A stretch of DNA of 64,000 nucleotides from Candidatus Sumerlaeaceae bacterium. Its GTDB lineage: Bacteria; Sumerlaeota; Sumerlaeia; Sumerlaeales; Sumerlaeaceae. Positions 1 through 10,172 of this stretch are shown piece after piece. The notes under the pieces are model-generated. The model ran no database searches and was not told the DNA's origin. It was given only the letters and a program-made list of their open reading frames with translations. A program made the translations under genes and the position numbers. The number at the start of each line of letters is the position of its first letter. Position 1 is the stretch's first letter. Location: NCBI GenBank assembly GCA_051003195.1, contig JBPCLP010000044.1:1-64000 (forward strand), in the 5' to 3' direction.

Positions 1-135
1 CCTCCTTCGGACCCTTTCGAAAGAACACTTTTCCTGATGGGATTGAAACCCGTCTTGCGATTGTCCTTCCCCGGTTTTCTGTTTGATACCGTCGTTGACA
101 TCGAGGTGCGTTTTGCGGTGACTGACACTTGCTCC

Positions 136-1722
136 ATGGAGAATCTGACCCCACGCCATTCCTACAAGGCTCCATCCGGTCCGCGCACGAGTGTCGGTCG
201 CTACCAGATCGAGTGTGTAATCGGGCGCGGAGGCATGGGCGAAGTCCTTAAGGGAATCGATCCCGGGTCCGGTAAATACGTGGCCGTGAAAGTCCTGGAT
301 GCAGAGGCATACCGCGACGAAGACCTGCTCGCGCGGTTCCGCCGTGAGGCACAATCGGCACTTACTCTCGACCACCCGAATATCGCGAAGTTCTACGAAC
401 TCGAGCATGACGAAGAAGGTCAGCCGATTATTGTCATGGAATTCATCGAGGGTCTTTCCATGGATGCGTGGCTGAAGGCGAACACCGATGCCCTCTTCTC
501 GCAGATTGTGGACTTCACCATCCAGGCCGCGAGAGGCCTTGAGAACGCCTTTCGTCGAACAATCATTCATCGCGACATCAAACCTTCCAACCTGATCGTC
601 ACACCGAACAACGTTGTGAAAATCATCGATTTCGGTCTGGCCAAGAGCATGTGGGACAAGTCGGCGTTGACCGGCACAGGAATGGTGGTGGGAACCCCAC
701 GCTACATCTCACCCGAGCAGGGCATGGGGCGCAATGTCGATCATCGCTCCGATATCTATTCGCTGGGCGCGACGCTCTATGAGCTGCTGACCCGGCAGGC
801 GCCATTTGATGGCGAGACTCCGCTCGCCATCATGATGAAACATATTAATACACCACTCATTCCGCCTTACCTGCTGAACCCCAAAGTCCCAAGCGACGTG
901 AACGAAATTGTAGTTCGCATGATGGCAAAGGATCCGCGCGAGCGATACCAGGATTATGAGCCGCTGATCAGGGACCTTGAATCTGCAAAGATTCACCGGC
1001 TGGCAAAAGAGCGGCGATCTTCCGGCATGGACAGTGTTCAGGCCGGACAGGCGCCTACGGTGATGGTTACCGACAACAACGGTGGCTCTTCTGCGCCCAC
1101 CGCGTTCAAGGGGCGGCCGAGCTCTTACCTGACCGAAGGTCTCGTCGACGTAAGCTACAATGCACCTGCCGAAACGCCGCAGTCGAATTTGAGCAGAATA
1201 TTGCTCGCCGTTTCCGGGGTACTGGTGCTGGGATTTGCTGTCGCTGCATTGATGGCGCCACGGCATATCGAAGGCAAAAAGCAGTCCTCGTGGTTTTCCC
1301 AGCGGGTAGCACAGGTCTTTAAAAGGGATAAACCTGTCGAGCAGCCTACCTCTCCAGTGGATCTTGCGAAAGACGACGCGGAAAAAGTCCGTCTGACTTC
1401 GAGCCGCATGGAAGCGGTCGTTTCAAAGATGCTCGAGCTGAGAACCTCTCAACCATCCAAATCCATAAGCCTGCGCACCGTGCGTGAAACTGGTGGAATG
1501 AGTGACGAAGACACGAGGGATGGTTGGGGTAACGACTTCTCGATTGTGCAATCCGGCGACGGCGGGGGGACACTTCTCGCCAGCGGACGCGACGGCGAAG
1601 AAAAGTCCGACGACGATTTCAGCTATGCGCTGGACGGGAGCAGCCACCACATTCCGCCAGCGTTAAAGGCGGAAGATTTTGCCTCGAGCGCCGAGACCCG
1701 GAGCGGTTCTGCCAGTAAGTAG
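136..1722 (+). CDS. Hanks-type Ser/Thr protein kinase with TM helix and C-terminal GspG/pseudopilin-like domain
   Basis: GRGGMGEV, VAVK, HRDIKPSN, DFG, GTPRYISPE, SDIYSLG; hydrophobic helix ILLAVSGVLVLGFAVAAL; start at ATG 136 preferred over 37. Confidence 0.92.
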   Translation: MENLTPRHSYKAPSGPRTSVGRYQIECVIGRGGMGEVLKGIDPGSGKYVAVKVLDAEAYRDEDLLARFRREAQSALTLDHPNIAKFYELEHDEEGQPIIVMEFIEGLSMDAWLKANTDALFSQIVDFTIQAARGLENAFRRTIIHRDIKPSNLIVTPNNVVKIIDFGLAKSMWDKSALTGTGMVVGTPRYISPEQGMGRNVDHRSDIYSLGATLYELLTRQAPFDGETPLAIMMKHINTPLIPPYLLNPKVPSDVNEIVVRMMAKDPRERYQDYEPLIRDLESAKIHRLAKERRSSGMDSVQAGQAPTVMVTDNNGGSSAPTAFKGRPSSYLTEGLVDVSYNAPAETPQSNLSRILLAVSGVLVLGFAVAALMAPRHIEGKKQSSWFSQRVAQVFKRDKPVEQPTSPVDLAKDDAEKVRLTSSRMEAVVSKMLELRTSQPSKSISLRTVRETGGMSDEDTRDGWGNDFSIVQSGDGGGTLLASGRDGEEKSDDDFSYALDGSSHHIPPALKAEDFASSAETRSGSASK

Positions 1723-1729
1723 AGTTTAG

Positions 1730-3145
1730 TTAGCCGGTTTCTGGAACATGTTCCAGAGTTGGCAAAGTTACGAGGACCTCAGTTCCCTGTCCGTCTGTGC
1801 TGTGAAGCGAAATTTCGCCGGCGAGATTTTCAACAATACCTCGGCAGATGGCCAGCCCCAGCCCCGTGCCAGCCTGCTTGGTTGTGAAAAACGGCTCGAA
1901 TGCACGTGCGGCATCGCGCTGCTTCATCCCTGTGCCGTTGTCCGCAATTTTAATCTCGGCCGCGTTGCGCCGGAGCCGAAGGGAAATTGTGACTTTCCCG
2001 CCTTCGGGCCGCAGCGATTCACGCGCGTTGAGAAGCATGTTAAGAAAGAGCTGCCTCAGCGCACGTTCATCCGCGCGAACATAGACCTTGCTCGACAACA
2101 GGTCGGTTTCAAAGCGCACGTTCTCAGGGGCTCCCTTTCGCAGCAGCACCACCACGCGCTCCAGTTCCTCGTTCAGCTCGATGGTGCTGCCTTCTCCCTT
2201 CTGGGGGGCACGTGACAACGAAAGAAAATGAGAAACCATCTCGCTCAGCCGCTGTGTTTCCGCGACAATGTCGCGGGCGTTTACGGCGCTTCTTGAGTCA
2301 GGCGCCTGCTCGGCAACGACTTCCTCGGCCAGCGCACGGATAATCGCAAGGGGATTGCGCAACTCATGGGCCACGCCACCGGCCAGTGCTCCCATTGCTT
2401 CGACACGGGCGCCCTGCATGGCAGACCGCTCCAACCGGACAAGGTATCGGAAGACGCGGTAAAGCGAAATTCCGATACCTAACAGTATCAGCGTACTCAC
2501 CAGCCACAACCGCGTCATTCGCCCGCGAAGGTCACTTAGTTCCTCCAGGTAATCCGGGCTGATCGAAGCCTGCAGGAGACCCAGTGTGCGCCCATCGTCC
2601 GCTGTCATACGCTGGTAACTCCGCTGGAACAATTCCCCGTCTTTATAGGGTGAGTATAAAGGTGTGGTGGCAGATCCCGTCTCAAGTGCCTGCTCAATAT
2701 AGGCCGCATCGATGGTATAAACGTAAGCCTCCCCCGGGCTGGAAAGCCGACCGCCATCCACCACGACGACGCCTTGCGGAGTGATAAGGGTGAGCTGCGA
2801 TAATCCGCCTTTGACCTGGAGCCGCATGATGCGACGCAGTAGTTCCTCGTAATCGGTGGTATCAGTAAAGTCGGCGAGTCTCTGGCTTTGCTCGTCCGCC
2901 GGCCGGTCTGCTACCTGCAGCAGGATCGATGGCGGGTCCGGCATTTTCAGAGCCTGAACCGCGGTCATCGCCACGGACTCGAGTCTTTTTCTTAGATCAG
3001 CTTCCTTGCTGGTGCGAAGGTAGCGGAATAGCTGCCAGTAGGACAGGTTGAAAACAAGAAGCACGCAGACGGCAAACAACAGGGCCGCGAGCGGCGGAAT
3101 TCGGCGCGATCTCGGACGAAGGGGACGAAGCTCCGCCGGCTGCAT
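1730..3145 (-). CDS. Membrane sensor histidine kinase
   Basis: Two TM helices, H-box AHELRNPL, N-box NMLLNA, G-boxes DNGTG and GTGLGL; start MQPAEL chosen to avoid overlap. Confidence 0.93.
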   Translation of the reverse strand: MQPAELRPLRPRSRRIPPLAALLFAVCVLLVFNLSYWQLFRYLRTSKEADLRKRLESVAMTAVQALKMPDPPSILLQVADRPADEQSQRLADFTDTTDYEELLRRIMRLQVKGGLSQLTLITPQGVVVVDGGRLSSPGEAYVYTIDAAYIEQALETGSATTPLYSPYKDGELFQRSYQRMTADDGRTLGLLQASISPDYLEELSDLRGRMTRLWLVSTLILLGIGISLYRVFRYLVRLERSAMQGARVEAMGALAGGVAHELRNPLAIIRALAEEVVAEQAPDSRSAVNARDIVAETQRLSEMVSHFLSLSRAPQKGEGSTIELNEELERVVVLLRKGAPENVRFETDLLSSKVYVRADERALRQLFLNMLLNARESLRPEGGKVTISLRLRRNAAEIKIADNGTGMKQRDAARAFEPFFTTKQAGTGLGLAICRGIVENLAGEISLHSTDGQGTEVLVTLPTLEHVPETG

Positions 3146-3167
3146 CGTAGCCAAAGTTACGCCAGCC

Positions 3168-3971
3168 TTACTCTTTCTCGCGTACGCGTTCGATGGAAAC
3201 GGCGCGGCCTGTCTCAACGTCCACGGTCACAAGCGCGCCGCACAACTGCACGTCCTCATCCGCAACTTCATGCCGCACCGGCAGATTTGTGAGAAAGCGG
3301 TGAAGTACTTCCGCCGTCTTCACCCCGATCACACCCTGCTGGCCGCCGGTCATTCCGATATCGGTGATGTATGCGGTCCCTTCATTCAGCAGCCTTTCGT
3401 CGGCCGTTTGTACATGAGTATGCGTACCGAAAACGCAGCTTACCTGGCCATCCATAAACCAACCCATGGCGATTTTCTCGCTCGTCGCTTCCGCGTGAAA
3501 ATCGAGGAAGACGATCGGCGTTTGCTCGTGAAGTTGCAGTACTATGGTGCGCGCCGCATGAAAGGGGCAATGCACAGGGTGCATATGCACCCGGCCCAGC
3601 AGATTTAATACGCCAACTTTAATTCCGTCCGTTCCCGGCACATCGAACACGCCACTACCACGTCCGGGTACTTCAGGCGTCTCGCCATAGTTTCCCGGGC
3701 GGATCAGACGCAGCTCCGTCTCGATGATCTTATAAACATCTTTATTATCCCAGGCGTGATTCCCGAGCGTGATCACGTCGACGCCGGCATCCAGCATTTC
3801 CTTTGCGGTGTCTGTCGTTATGCCCTTGCCGTGCGCGGAATTTTCGCCGTTGGCGATCACGAAATCGACGCGAGCGGATTCGCGGTATCGCGGCACGATC
3901 TTCTTCAGGAGTTCCCTCCCGGGGCGTCCAACCGCATCGCCAACCAGCAGCACACGTAATTCTTTAGGCAT
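3168..3971 (-). CDS. ymdB: YmdB/TIGR00282-family metallophosphoesterase
   Basis: GDAVG, NGEN, TLGNH, DFHAEATSEK, GTHTH, TDIGMTG motifs. Confidence 0.92.
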   Translation of the reverse strand: MPKELRVLLVGDAVGRPGRELLKKIVPRYRESARVDFVIANGENSAHGKGITTDTAKEMLDAGVDVITLGNHAWDNKDVYKIIETELRLIRPGNYGETPEVPGRGSGVFDVPGTDGIKVGVLNLLGRVHMHPVHCPFHAARTIVLQLHEQTPIVFLDFHAEATSEKIAMGWFMDGQVSCVFGTHTHVQTADERLLNEGTAYITDIGMTGGQQGVIGVKTAEVLHRFLTNLPVRHEVADEDVQLCGALVTVDVETGRAVSIERVREKE

Positions 3972-4057
3972 CGGGTATTTGCGCCCGGGGCGGCGCAATG
4001 AATCAAGTGGTATGATCCGTCACCACGCGGGCACGAATTTCGGATGCGTTCCGTCGC

Positions 4058-4762
4058 ATGGCAACACGCCCACGCGTCGCCAGGACAACCGCATCACCGA
4101 TGACGGCCAAGGATGTGCCGCTCAAGCGTTCCGCAGCCGATTACTTTCCAGATCGAATGACGCTGCCTTCGATGCGTGAAGCGGCCAGGGGCTGTCGCGG
4201 ATGCGACCTCTATAAGAATGCGACGCAGGTGGTGTTCGGAGAGGGTGCGGCAAAAGGCAAATGCGTGATGGTGGGCGAACAGCCGGGAGACCAGGAAGAC
4301 CGACAGGGGCATCCGTTCGTCGGCCCGGCAGGCGGTCTGCTCGACCGGGCTCTGGCGGATGCAGGGATTGATCGAAACTCCGTCTACATCACGAACGCGG
4401 TGAAGCATTTCAAACACGAGATCGCCGGCAAAAAGAGAATCCATAAAAGCCCAAACCGGGCGGAAATCTCAGCCTGCCGGCCATGGCTGGTGGAAGAGCT
4501 GCGCGTGATTAAACCGAAAGTACTGGTTTGCCTCGGCGTCAGCGCTGCTAACTCGATCTTCGATAAAAAGGTAACGTTGAGAGATGTGCGCGGACGATTC
4601 TGGGAGACGGCACTGTCACCGCGCACCTTTGTAACCACTCATCCCTCCAGCATACTCCGGTCATTTGATGACGAAAGCAGGCGGGAGAATTACGCGCTCT
4701 TCGTTCAGGAACTAAAGGTGCTGGCGAAAGAGCTAAAGCAAAGGCCGAGTCATGGACATTAG
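4058..4762 (+). CDS. udgX: UdgX-family uracil-DNA binding protein (family 4 UDG-like, 4Fe-4S)
   Basis: CRGC, GEQPG, AVKHFK, KKRIH R-loop, HPSSILR; start may be 4100. Confidence 0.88.
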   Translation: MATRPRVARTTASPMTAKDVPLKRSAADYFPDRMTLPSMREAARGCRGCDLYKNATQVVFGEGAAKGKCVMVGEQPGDQEDRQGHPFVGPAGGLLDRALADAGIDRNSVYITNAVKHFKHEIAGKKRIHKSPNRAEISACRPWLVEELRVIKPKVLVCLGVSAANSIFDKKVTLRDVRGRFWETALSPRTFVTTHPSSILRSFDDESRRENYALFVQELKVLAKELKQRPSHGH

Positions 4763-4784
4763 AAAGCGGCACCGCGATCCGGAG

Positions 4785-5342
4785 TCAGGACTTTACCGCA
4801 AGATCTCCGTTGCGCTCGACGAACGCCTTGAACTCACGCACCTGCTTGCGAAGTAAATCCATCGTCGCAGCTTCTTTAAGTGTGGTCCCGTCCTCGGCCC
4901 AGCGAGCGTTAATGCCGGGCATCCACACACGCTCTGGCAGAACATACGCGTTGCGATAGCCGAAAATCATCTGAAGCTGCTCGACTGAACGAAACGCTCC
5001 CCAAATGCCAGCGGACTGCCCGGTAAACGCGACGCAGCGATGCTCGAAGCTCTGCGGGAACGGTAACATATCGATAAAGTATTTCAAGACGCCTGGAAAC
5101 GAGCCGTTATACTCTGGAGTCACGACGTGAAGCCCATTGGCGTTTAGAATACGGTCGGTAACTCTCTTCCATCCCTCTGGCTTTTCTGCATACGCTGTGG
5201 GCTTGAAAAGTTCCAGCGGCATTTCCTGAAGGTCGAGGATCTGGACCTGAACCCCAAGCTCGTTGTATAACCCTTCGATCACACGTGCCACTTTGAGGCT
5301 GTTGGATTGCGGCCGGTTGGTCCCCGAAATAACTTCGATCAT
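4785..5342 (-). CDS. NADPH-dependent FMN reductase
   Basis: ISGTNRPQSNS and TPEYNGSFPGVLKYFID motifs. Confidence 0.9.
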   Translation of the reverse strand: MIEVISGTNRPQSNSLKVARVIEGLYNELGVQVQILDLQEMPLELFKPTAYAEKPEGWKRVTDRILNANGLHVVTPEYNGSFPGVLKYFIDMLPFPQSFEHRCVAFTGQSAGIWGAFRSVEQLQMIFGYRNAYVLPERVWMPGINARWAEDGTTLKEAATMDLLRKQVREFKAFVERNGDLAVKS

Positions 5343-5423
5343 AAATGGTCCTCTTTGCTTTGGGAAGATTTTCAGCACGAAGCGGCGCTGCAATGAAAAC
5401 ACTGCAGAACAAAAGGCGTTACA

Positions 5424-5804
5424 TCACCCCGAAAAACCCACTGCCTGCCGGGCCCGGTATCGCAATATCTGACTAATGACTGCCGAACTGCCAATAAGCG
5501 GACTGAGGAATATTTCCACGTGCGGAAACGTCGACGCGCACTGTTGCAGTATCTGAGGTATATCCAGCGCCACATGTCGACCGGAGTGGAGGAAGTAAGG
5601 GACGCACACAATCCTCCGCGCACCTGCCTCAACGCATTGTCGCACCGCCGTCGGAATATCGGGTTCGTTACAATCGAGGAAAGCTGCCTGCACCTGATCG
5701 TATTTCCCGCCTTCGCGGATATGATCGAGCACCCGCCGTACGTCGTCATTCGATTCTTCGCGAGGGCTGCCGTGGACAATAACCAGTAGCGCGGTCTGGG
5801 TCAT
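5424..5804 (-). CDS. CbiX/SirB-type sirohydrochlorin chelatase domain protein
   Basis: IVHGS, AFLDCNEP, PYFLHSGRHVALDIP; ATGA overlap with upstream gene at 5801-5804. Confidence 0.88.
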   Translation of the reverse strand: MTQTALLVIVHGSPREESNDDVRRVLDHIREGGKYDQVQAAFLDCNEPDIPTAVRQCVEAGARRIVCVPYFLHSGRHVALDIPQILQQCASTFPHVEIFLSPLIGSSAVISQILRYRARQAVGFSG

Positions 5805-6286
5805 CGCGCAGAACTCCGCGGGCAAGCCATGCTGTTGAACAGCGGACAATCCGGTCGTAGCTGGCACTCGGACCCGGGAACCCGCGCCGCCCGAATTGCC
5901 TGCGGTAATAACACAGCCCGGTCCGCCATCTCAAGCACCGCGGTTGCAAGCTCTGGCGCATCGAGAAGAGCGTCTGCCACTGTGAACTGCAGCTCCGGAA
6001 ATTGTTTGCGCGCGGCACCTATCCGGATCGGCAGATCCGCCGTGACAAACTTACCTGCGACGAGGAAGTACGGAACGATCACAATTTGCGTCGCGCCATG
6101 CTCGTGGCAGCGTGCCACAGCCGCCTCAAAACTTGGCGCGCTATAATTTAGAAATCCGATCTCCACGATCGGGTACACGCTGGAACCCAGCCGCGCGGCG
6201 TGCTCCTCGAGAATGCGATCCGCCCCACAAAGGACTGACCCATGAGAAATCAGGAGCATCGCAGGTTGTCCGGTTGCCATTGGCAC
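5801..6286 (-). CDS. CbiX/SirB-type chelatase domain protein with Cys-rich tail
   Basis: ISHGS, GFLNYSAP, PYFLVAGKFVTADLP; tail CQLRPDCPLFNSMAC. Confidence 0.82.
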   Translation of the reverse strand: MPMATGQPAMLLISHGSVLCGADRILEEHAARLGSSVYPIVEIGFLNYSAPSFEAAVARCHEHGATQIVIVPYFLVAGKFVTADLPIRIGAARKQFPELQFTVADALLDAPELATAVLEMADRAVLLPQAIRAARVPGSECQLRPDCPLFNSMACPRSSAR

Positions 6287-6346
6287 ATGTACTATCCCAA
6301 GGGCATTATTGTTTGATTCAGTCGGATAACGGCCCAGCTTGATTTC

Positions 6347-6910
6347 ATGGTGGTCGTCTCAAATTCCGTTCCGCACAGCCTGCTGAAAAAGCAGCTTTAC
6401 GCCTGCCTGCCATTCACCGGCTGCTGCCCGGCCCAGCTTTCCCGCAGGGTAGTTAGCACGTATTTTGGCGAACTGGAGAACGCTAACATTTGCTGCACCT
6501 TTGTGAATGAGGGGCCATTGGCATGGAGTTGCTGGCGGCCTGAAACCCGGGAGTTAAACATCCATCTACACAATGTGCTGAACCACGGTGACACGCCCGC
6601 AATGGTGATCGAGTTCCTGATCAAGCATGAACTGCTGCACCTTCGTGTCGCGCCTGTTATGGTGGATGACGAGCCGGCGCGCCACCACGATGCATTCGTG
6701 CAGCAGGAGCGCGCCATTTCGCCTGAACGTCTCGTTGCATGGACCTGGCTTTATGTGGCCGTGGGTGCACACCTACAGGTCCGCCGCAAGGCCGAGCGCG
6801 TGGATGTGGCGAACACATGGAAAGCGACGTGGCATCTTTCCAGACCAGATCTCGCAGAAGCGCTGCGCACGAGACACCGATATGCCCGCCCCGCAGTGCG
6901 ATATATATAG
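6347..6910 (+). CDS. Hypothetical zincin-like (SprT/YgjP-like) metalloprotein
   Basis: FLIKHELLH (HExxH) followed by HHDAF. Confidence 0.6.
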   Translation: MVVVSNSVPHSLLKKQLYACLPFTGCCPAQLSRRVVSTYFGELENANICCTFVNEGPLAWSCWRPETRELNIHLHNVLNHGDTPAMVIEFLIKHELLHLRVAPVMVDDEPARHHDAFVQQERAISPERLVAWTWLYVAVGAHLQVRRKAERVDVANTWKATWHLSRPDLAEALRTRHRYARPAVRYI

Positions 6911-7097
6911 ATTTGTCTTCCGAACAGCATAAACATAATATAACCAGCACTTTGTTTTTCTATCGATGCGTTCACCCGGCGGTTCATAACCATGCAATAA
7001 GACGCGTTCCCGCGGGGACAACCCTTTTCCATTTGCACAATACTTGCATGCATTTCCCCGCTTGGAGTCGGCGTAAAAACTTTCCATGGAGGGCAAA

Positions 7098-7352
7098 ATG
7101 CGCAAATTCATAGCGCTGGCTGCTGCGGCAATTGTTCTTGGTACTTTCACGGTAATCCCGCAAGTCGCACGGGCTGAAGAGGGTGACGTGAATACTAATG
7201 CGAGCAAGGCCACCATCGAAGAGCTCAAAAAGCGCAACGAACTCAAGCGCAAACGGCGTATGGAAGCACTTGCTGCCAAGCAGACTACGGGCACTGCGAT
7301 GAGCGCGGACAAGTCCGCTGCCACGGATATCACCACGGGAACCAAGATGTAA
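7098..7352 (+). CDS. Small secreted hypothetical protein
   Basis: GGAGG RBS before ATG 7098; signal peptide MRKFIALAAAAIVLG...ARA. Confidence 0.7.
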   Translation: MRKFIALAAAAIVLGTFTVIPQVARAEEGDVNTNASKATIEELKKRNELKRKRRMEALAAKQTTGTAMSADKSAATDITTGTKM

Positions 7353-7543
7353 GCACTTGCTTCAGACTGTAGTGCTTGATGCCCGGCAAGACTCATGGCC
7401 GGGCTAAATGTTTTTTATAGCATGCGGCATCTATCCGGGCTTGCTTTGTCTGCACCCGATTCTGAGTGCATATGATCAACCAATCGGGTCCACCCGCCGG
7501 GCAATCCCCGCACACAGTATATTAGGAGTACAGGTAACGAAAA

Positions 7544-9949
7544 TTGGCAATTCTTAGAGTATCGGCTCAGCGGCTGTTTGTCGTCTGTCTCATCGTAATC
7601 GCATTGGGTGGAGCATCCATTCACTCTTCCCTCGCTATCGAAACCAAAGTCATCCGTGATGAAACTTTTACGCAGTTCAACCAGGGCGAATCGACTGGCA
7701 CCGAATTACTGGCGAGTGGCCGGCTCAAAATAACAGCACGCGCTCAGCGCCTGGAGAAAACCGAAGACGGTGTGGCGTGGTGCTTAGCTATTGATCCGGT
7801 GGACGCGTCCGTGTACTATTCGACCGGGCATAGTGGCAAAGTGTACCGTCATACCTCCGGCGCGAAGCCGGAACTCTGGGCTGATTTAACCGAAGTCGAA
7901 GCGGTTTCGCTCGTCGTAGATCCAACCGGTGCACTGCTGATTGGCGCTTCCCCCGGGGGTAAGATTTACCGGGTCGTGCAGCCGGGAAAGCCGCAGCTGT
8001 TTTTCGAGACCAGGGAACAGTACGTGTGGGACATGGCATTCGATGCCAAGGGCCTGTTGTACGCAGCCACAGGGCCGAACGGTAAAATCTTTCGCATTCG
8101 CGGCGAGCGAAACGGCGAAGTCTTTTACGACAGCGATGCGACAAACGTCATGAGCCTTGGGTTTGATTCAGCCGGCAATGTCGTGGCCGGCACGCAGGGC
8201 AAGGCATTTGTGCTGCGGCTCAACGCGCAGGGTAAAGCTTACGTCATGTACGCCAGCACCGAAGACGAAGTCCGCGCGCTGGCGCTCGACAGCACGGGAA
8301 ATCTTTACGCCGCGATCAATAGCGCTCGCACATCCTCAATTTTTGATCGGACCTCTGACGCTAAGGAAGACAAGCCGAGCTCGGTGCTAAACACGCCCAG
8401 TGCGGCGCCTACCCCAACGCCTACCCCCAAGCCCGGCGCAGAGGGCGAAAGTCCCCTCAGCGGACTGTCATCGGGCCTGTTCGGTTCCGGATCGGGCGGG
8501 CAGAGCTCCGTGATCCAGATACAGCCAAGCGGCTTTGTCACCAGCTTCTGGTCGAGCCCCGAAGGCCCCATACATGCCATGATGTCTGACCCTGAAACTT
8601 CTTCGATGCTTGTGGCGGCGGGAAAGCGTGGCAAAATTTACCGGGTCACCACATCCGACGCCAACCACTCGCTGATCGCCGATGTCGAGGAGCCCATGGT
8701 GCTGAGCCTGGCCCGACTGAATGGGCGCATGTTCTTCAGCACCGCGAACAAGGCGGCGATTTACGAGCTGGTAACCACGGGGCCCGTGCAGGAATCGCTG
8801 TTCGCATCGCGATCGTTTAATGCGGGCAGCACCGTAAAGTGGGGAAATCTGTATTACGAAGCGGAAGAATCCAGCGGCAGCGAAGTTCTATTCGAGACGC
8901 GCAGTGGCAATACCGCGGAGCCGTCAGACGGAACCTGGAGTGAATGGTCTCGCGCAACCCGCGTGAACCCCCGGATTGTGACGATCAGCAGTCCCGTGGG
9001 CCAATATCTTCAGTATCGTCTTACCATGCGTGCCCCCGTCGGAAGCGCCAGCCCAGTCATGGATAACGTGCAGGCGTTCTACGTACAGCAGAATGCAGCC
9101 CCGGTGATTCGCAACATCGACATTACAAAGCTGGGTGGCGGCACTCCGCCGAGCACAGGCGGCAGCAGTCCGTTTGGAACCATGGCTTCGAGCATCGGGG
9201 CACGGCTGGCGGTACCGGTTCCGACTCCCGCCAGCGGAAGCGATCCGGGTAGCCCGCCCGTGACATCCAGTCGTTCCAGCGCTCTTTCCAGTAGCAGTTC
9301 GCCGTATGGGCCCCAACCATCTGCGATCGCAAGCCGCAGCGAAGAAGCCGATCTACGGCCCATGGGCAGCGGCTTCGCTGTATCTCAGAATACGCAGCGT
9401 GTGGCCGTCACGTGGGAAGCCTCCGACCCGAACCAGGATAAGCTGCGCTACAAACTCTATTATCGTGGAGAGGACGAGGCAGAGTGGAAGCTTATCGAGG
9501 AGGACCTCTCCACGCCTCGTTTCATGTTTTCAACGGAAGCAATCCCGGATGGAAAATACCGGGTCAAAGTAGAGGCCTCCGATGCGGCCGAGAACGACGA
9601 AACGAGCGCCACGACCGTCAATCTCGTCAGCCGCATCTATGTGGTGGATAATACCGCGCCGAAAATCGAAACGCTGCAGGGCACGAAGGTTGGCCCCAAC
9701 GCGTATGAAATCACTGCATTGGGCTCGGACGAAACTTCGATTCTTGCGGCTGCCGAGTATAACATGGACGCCGAAAAAGAATGGCGGGCCGTTTCGCCTG
9801 AAGACGGTATCTTCGATCTACAGCGCGAGAGTTTCCGCTTCCGTGCGAAACCCGCCGAAAAGAAACAGGACCTGACGGAACACACCTTGAGCCTGCGCGT
9901 GTACGACCGCGAAGGAAACAGCCATGTCAAAAAGGTGCTGCTCAAGTAG
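7544..9949 (+). CDS. Secreted beta-propeller protein with Ig/FN3-like C-terminal domains
   Basis: Signal peptide; repeated (A/G)xGxxGKIYR blades; Ser/Pro/Thr linkers; VDNTAP and D-R-E-G-N Ig-like motifs. Confidence 0.75.
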   Translation: MAILRVSAQRLFVVCLIVIALGGASIHSSLAIETKVIRDETFTQFNQGESTGTELLASGRLKITARAQRLEKTEDGVAWCLAIDPVDASVYYSTGHSGKVYRHTSGAKPELWADLTEVEAVSLVVDPTGALLIGASPGGKIYRVVQPGKPQLFFETREQYVWDMAFDAKGLLYAATGPNGKIFRIRGERNGEVFYDSDATNVMSLGFDSAGNVVAGTQGKAFVLRLNAQGKAYVMYASTEDEVRALALDSTGNLYAAINSARTSSIFDRTSDAKEDKPSSVLNTPSAAPTPTPTPKPGAEGESPLSGLSSGLFGSGSGGQSSVIQIQPSGFVTSFWSSPEGPIHAMMSDPETSSMLVAAGKRGKIYRVTTSDANHSLIADVEEPMVLSLARLNGRMFFSTANKAAIYELVTTGPVQESLFASRSFNAGSTVKWGNLYYEAEESSGSEVLFETRSGNTAEPSDGTWSEWSRATRVNPRIVTISSPVGQYLQYRLTMRAPVGSASPVMDNVQAFYVQQNAAPVIRNIDITKLGGGTPPSTGGSSPFGTMASSIGARLAVPVPTPASGSDPGSPPVTSSRSSALSSSSSPYGPQPSAIASRSEEADLRPMGSGFAVSQNTQRVAVTWEASDPNQDKLRYKLYYRGEDEAEWKLIEEDLSTPRFMFSTEAIPDGKYRVKVEASDAAENDETSATTVNLVSRIYVVDNTAPKIETLQGTKVGPNAYEITALGSDETSILAAAEYNMDAEKEWRAVSPEDGIFDLQRESFRFRAKPAEKKQDLTEHTLSLRVYDREGNSHVKKVLLK

Positions 9950-10172
9950 CGGCGCAAAAATCAGGGGTTATGAAGCCCAGGGCCCCAATCTCCGCGATTC
10001 CCCGCTCCACGTCCATTTGCGGTCTCACTAACCGAACCGAACGCCTTACCCACGCGAAAAACGCCGGAATGCGGCAGCTCTTGAATGACAATCCAGCAAA
10101 ACGAGTCTATACATACTGGCAAACAGCACGCCTGCTTCTCTCAATTGTGGCAATTGGAAGGATACGATAAAA

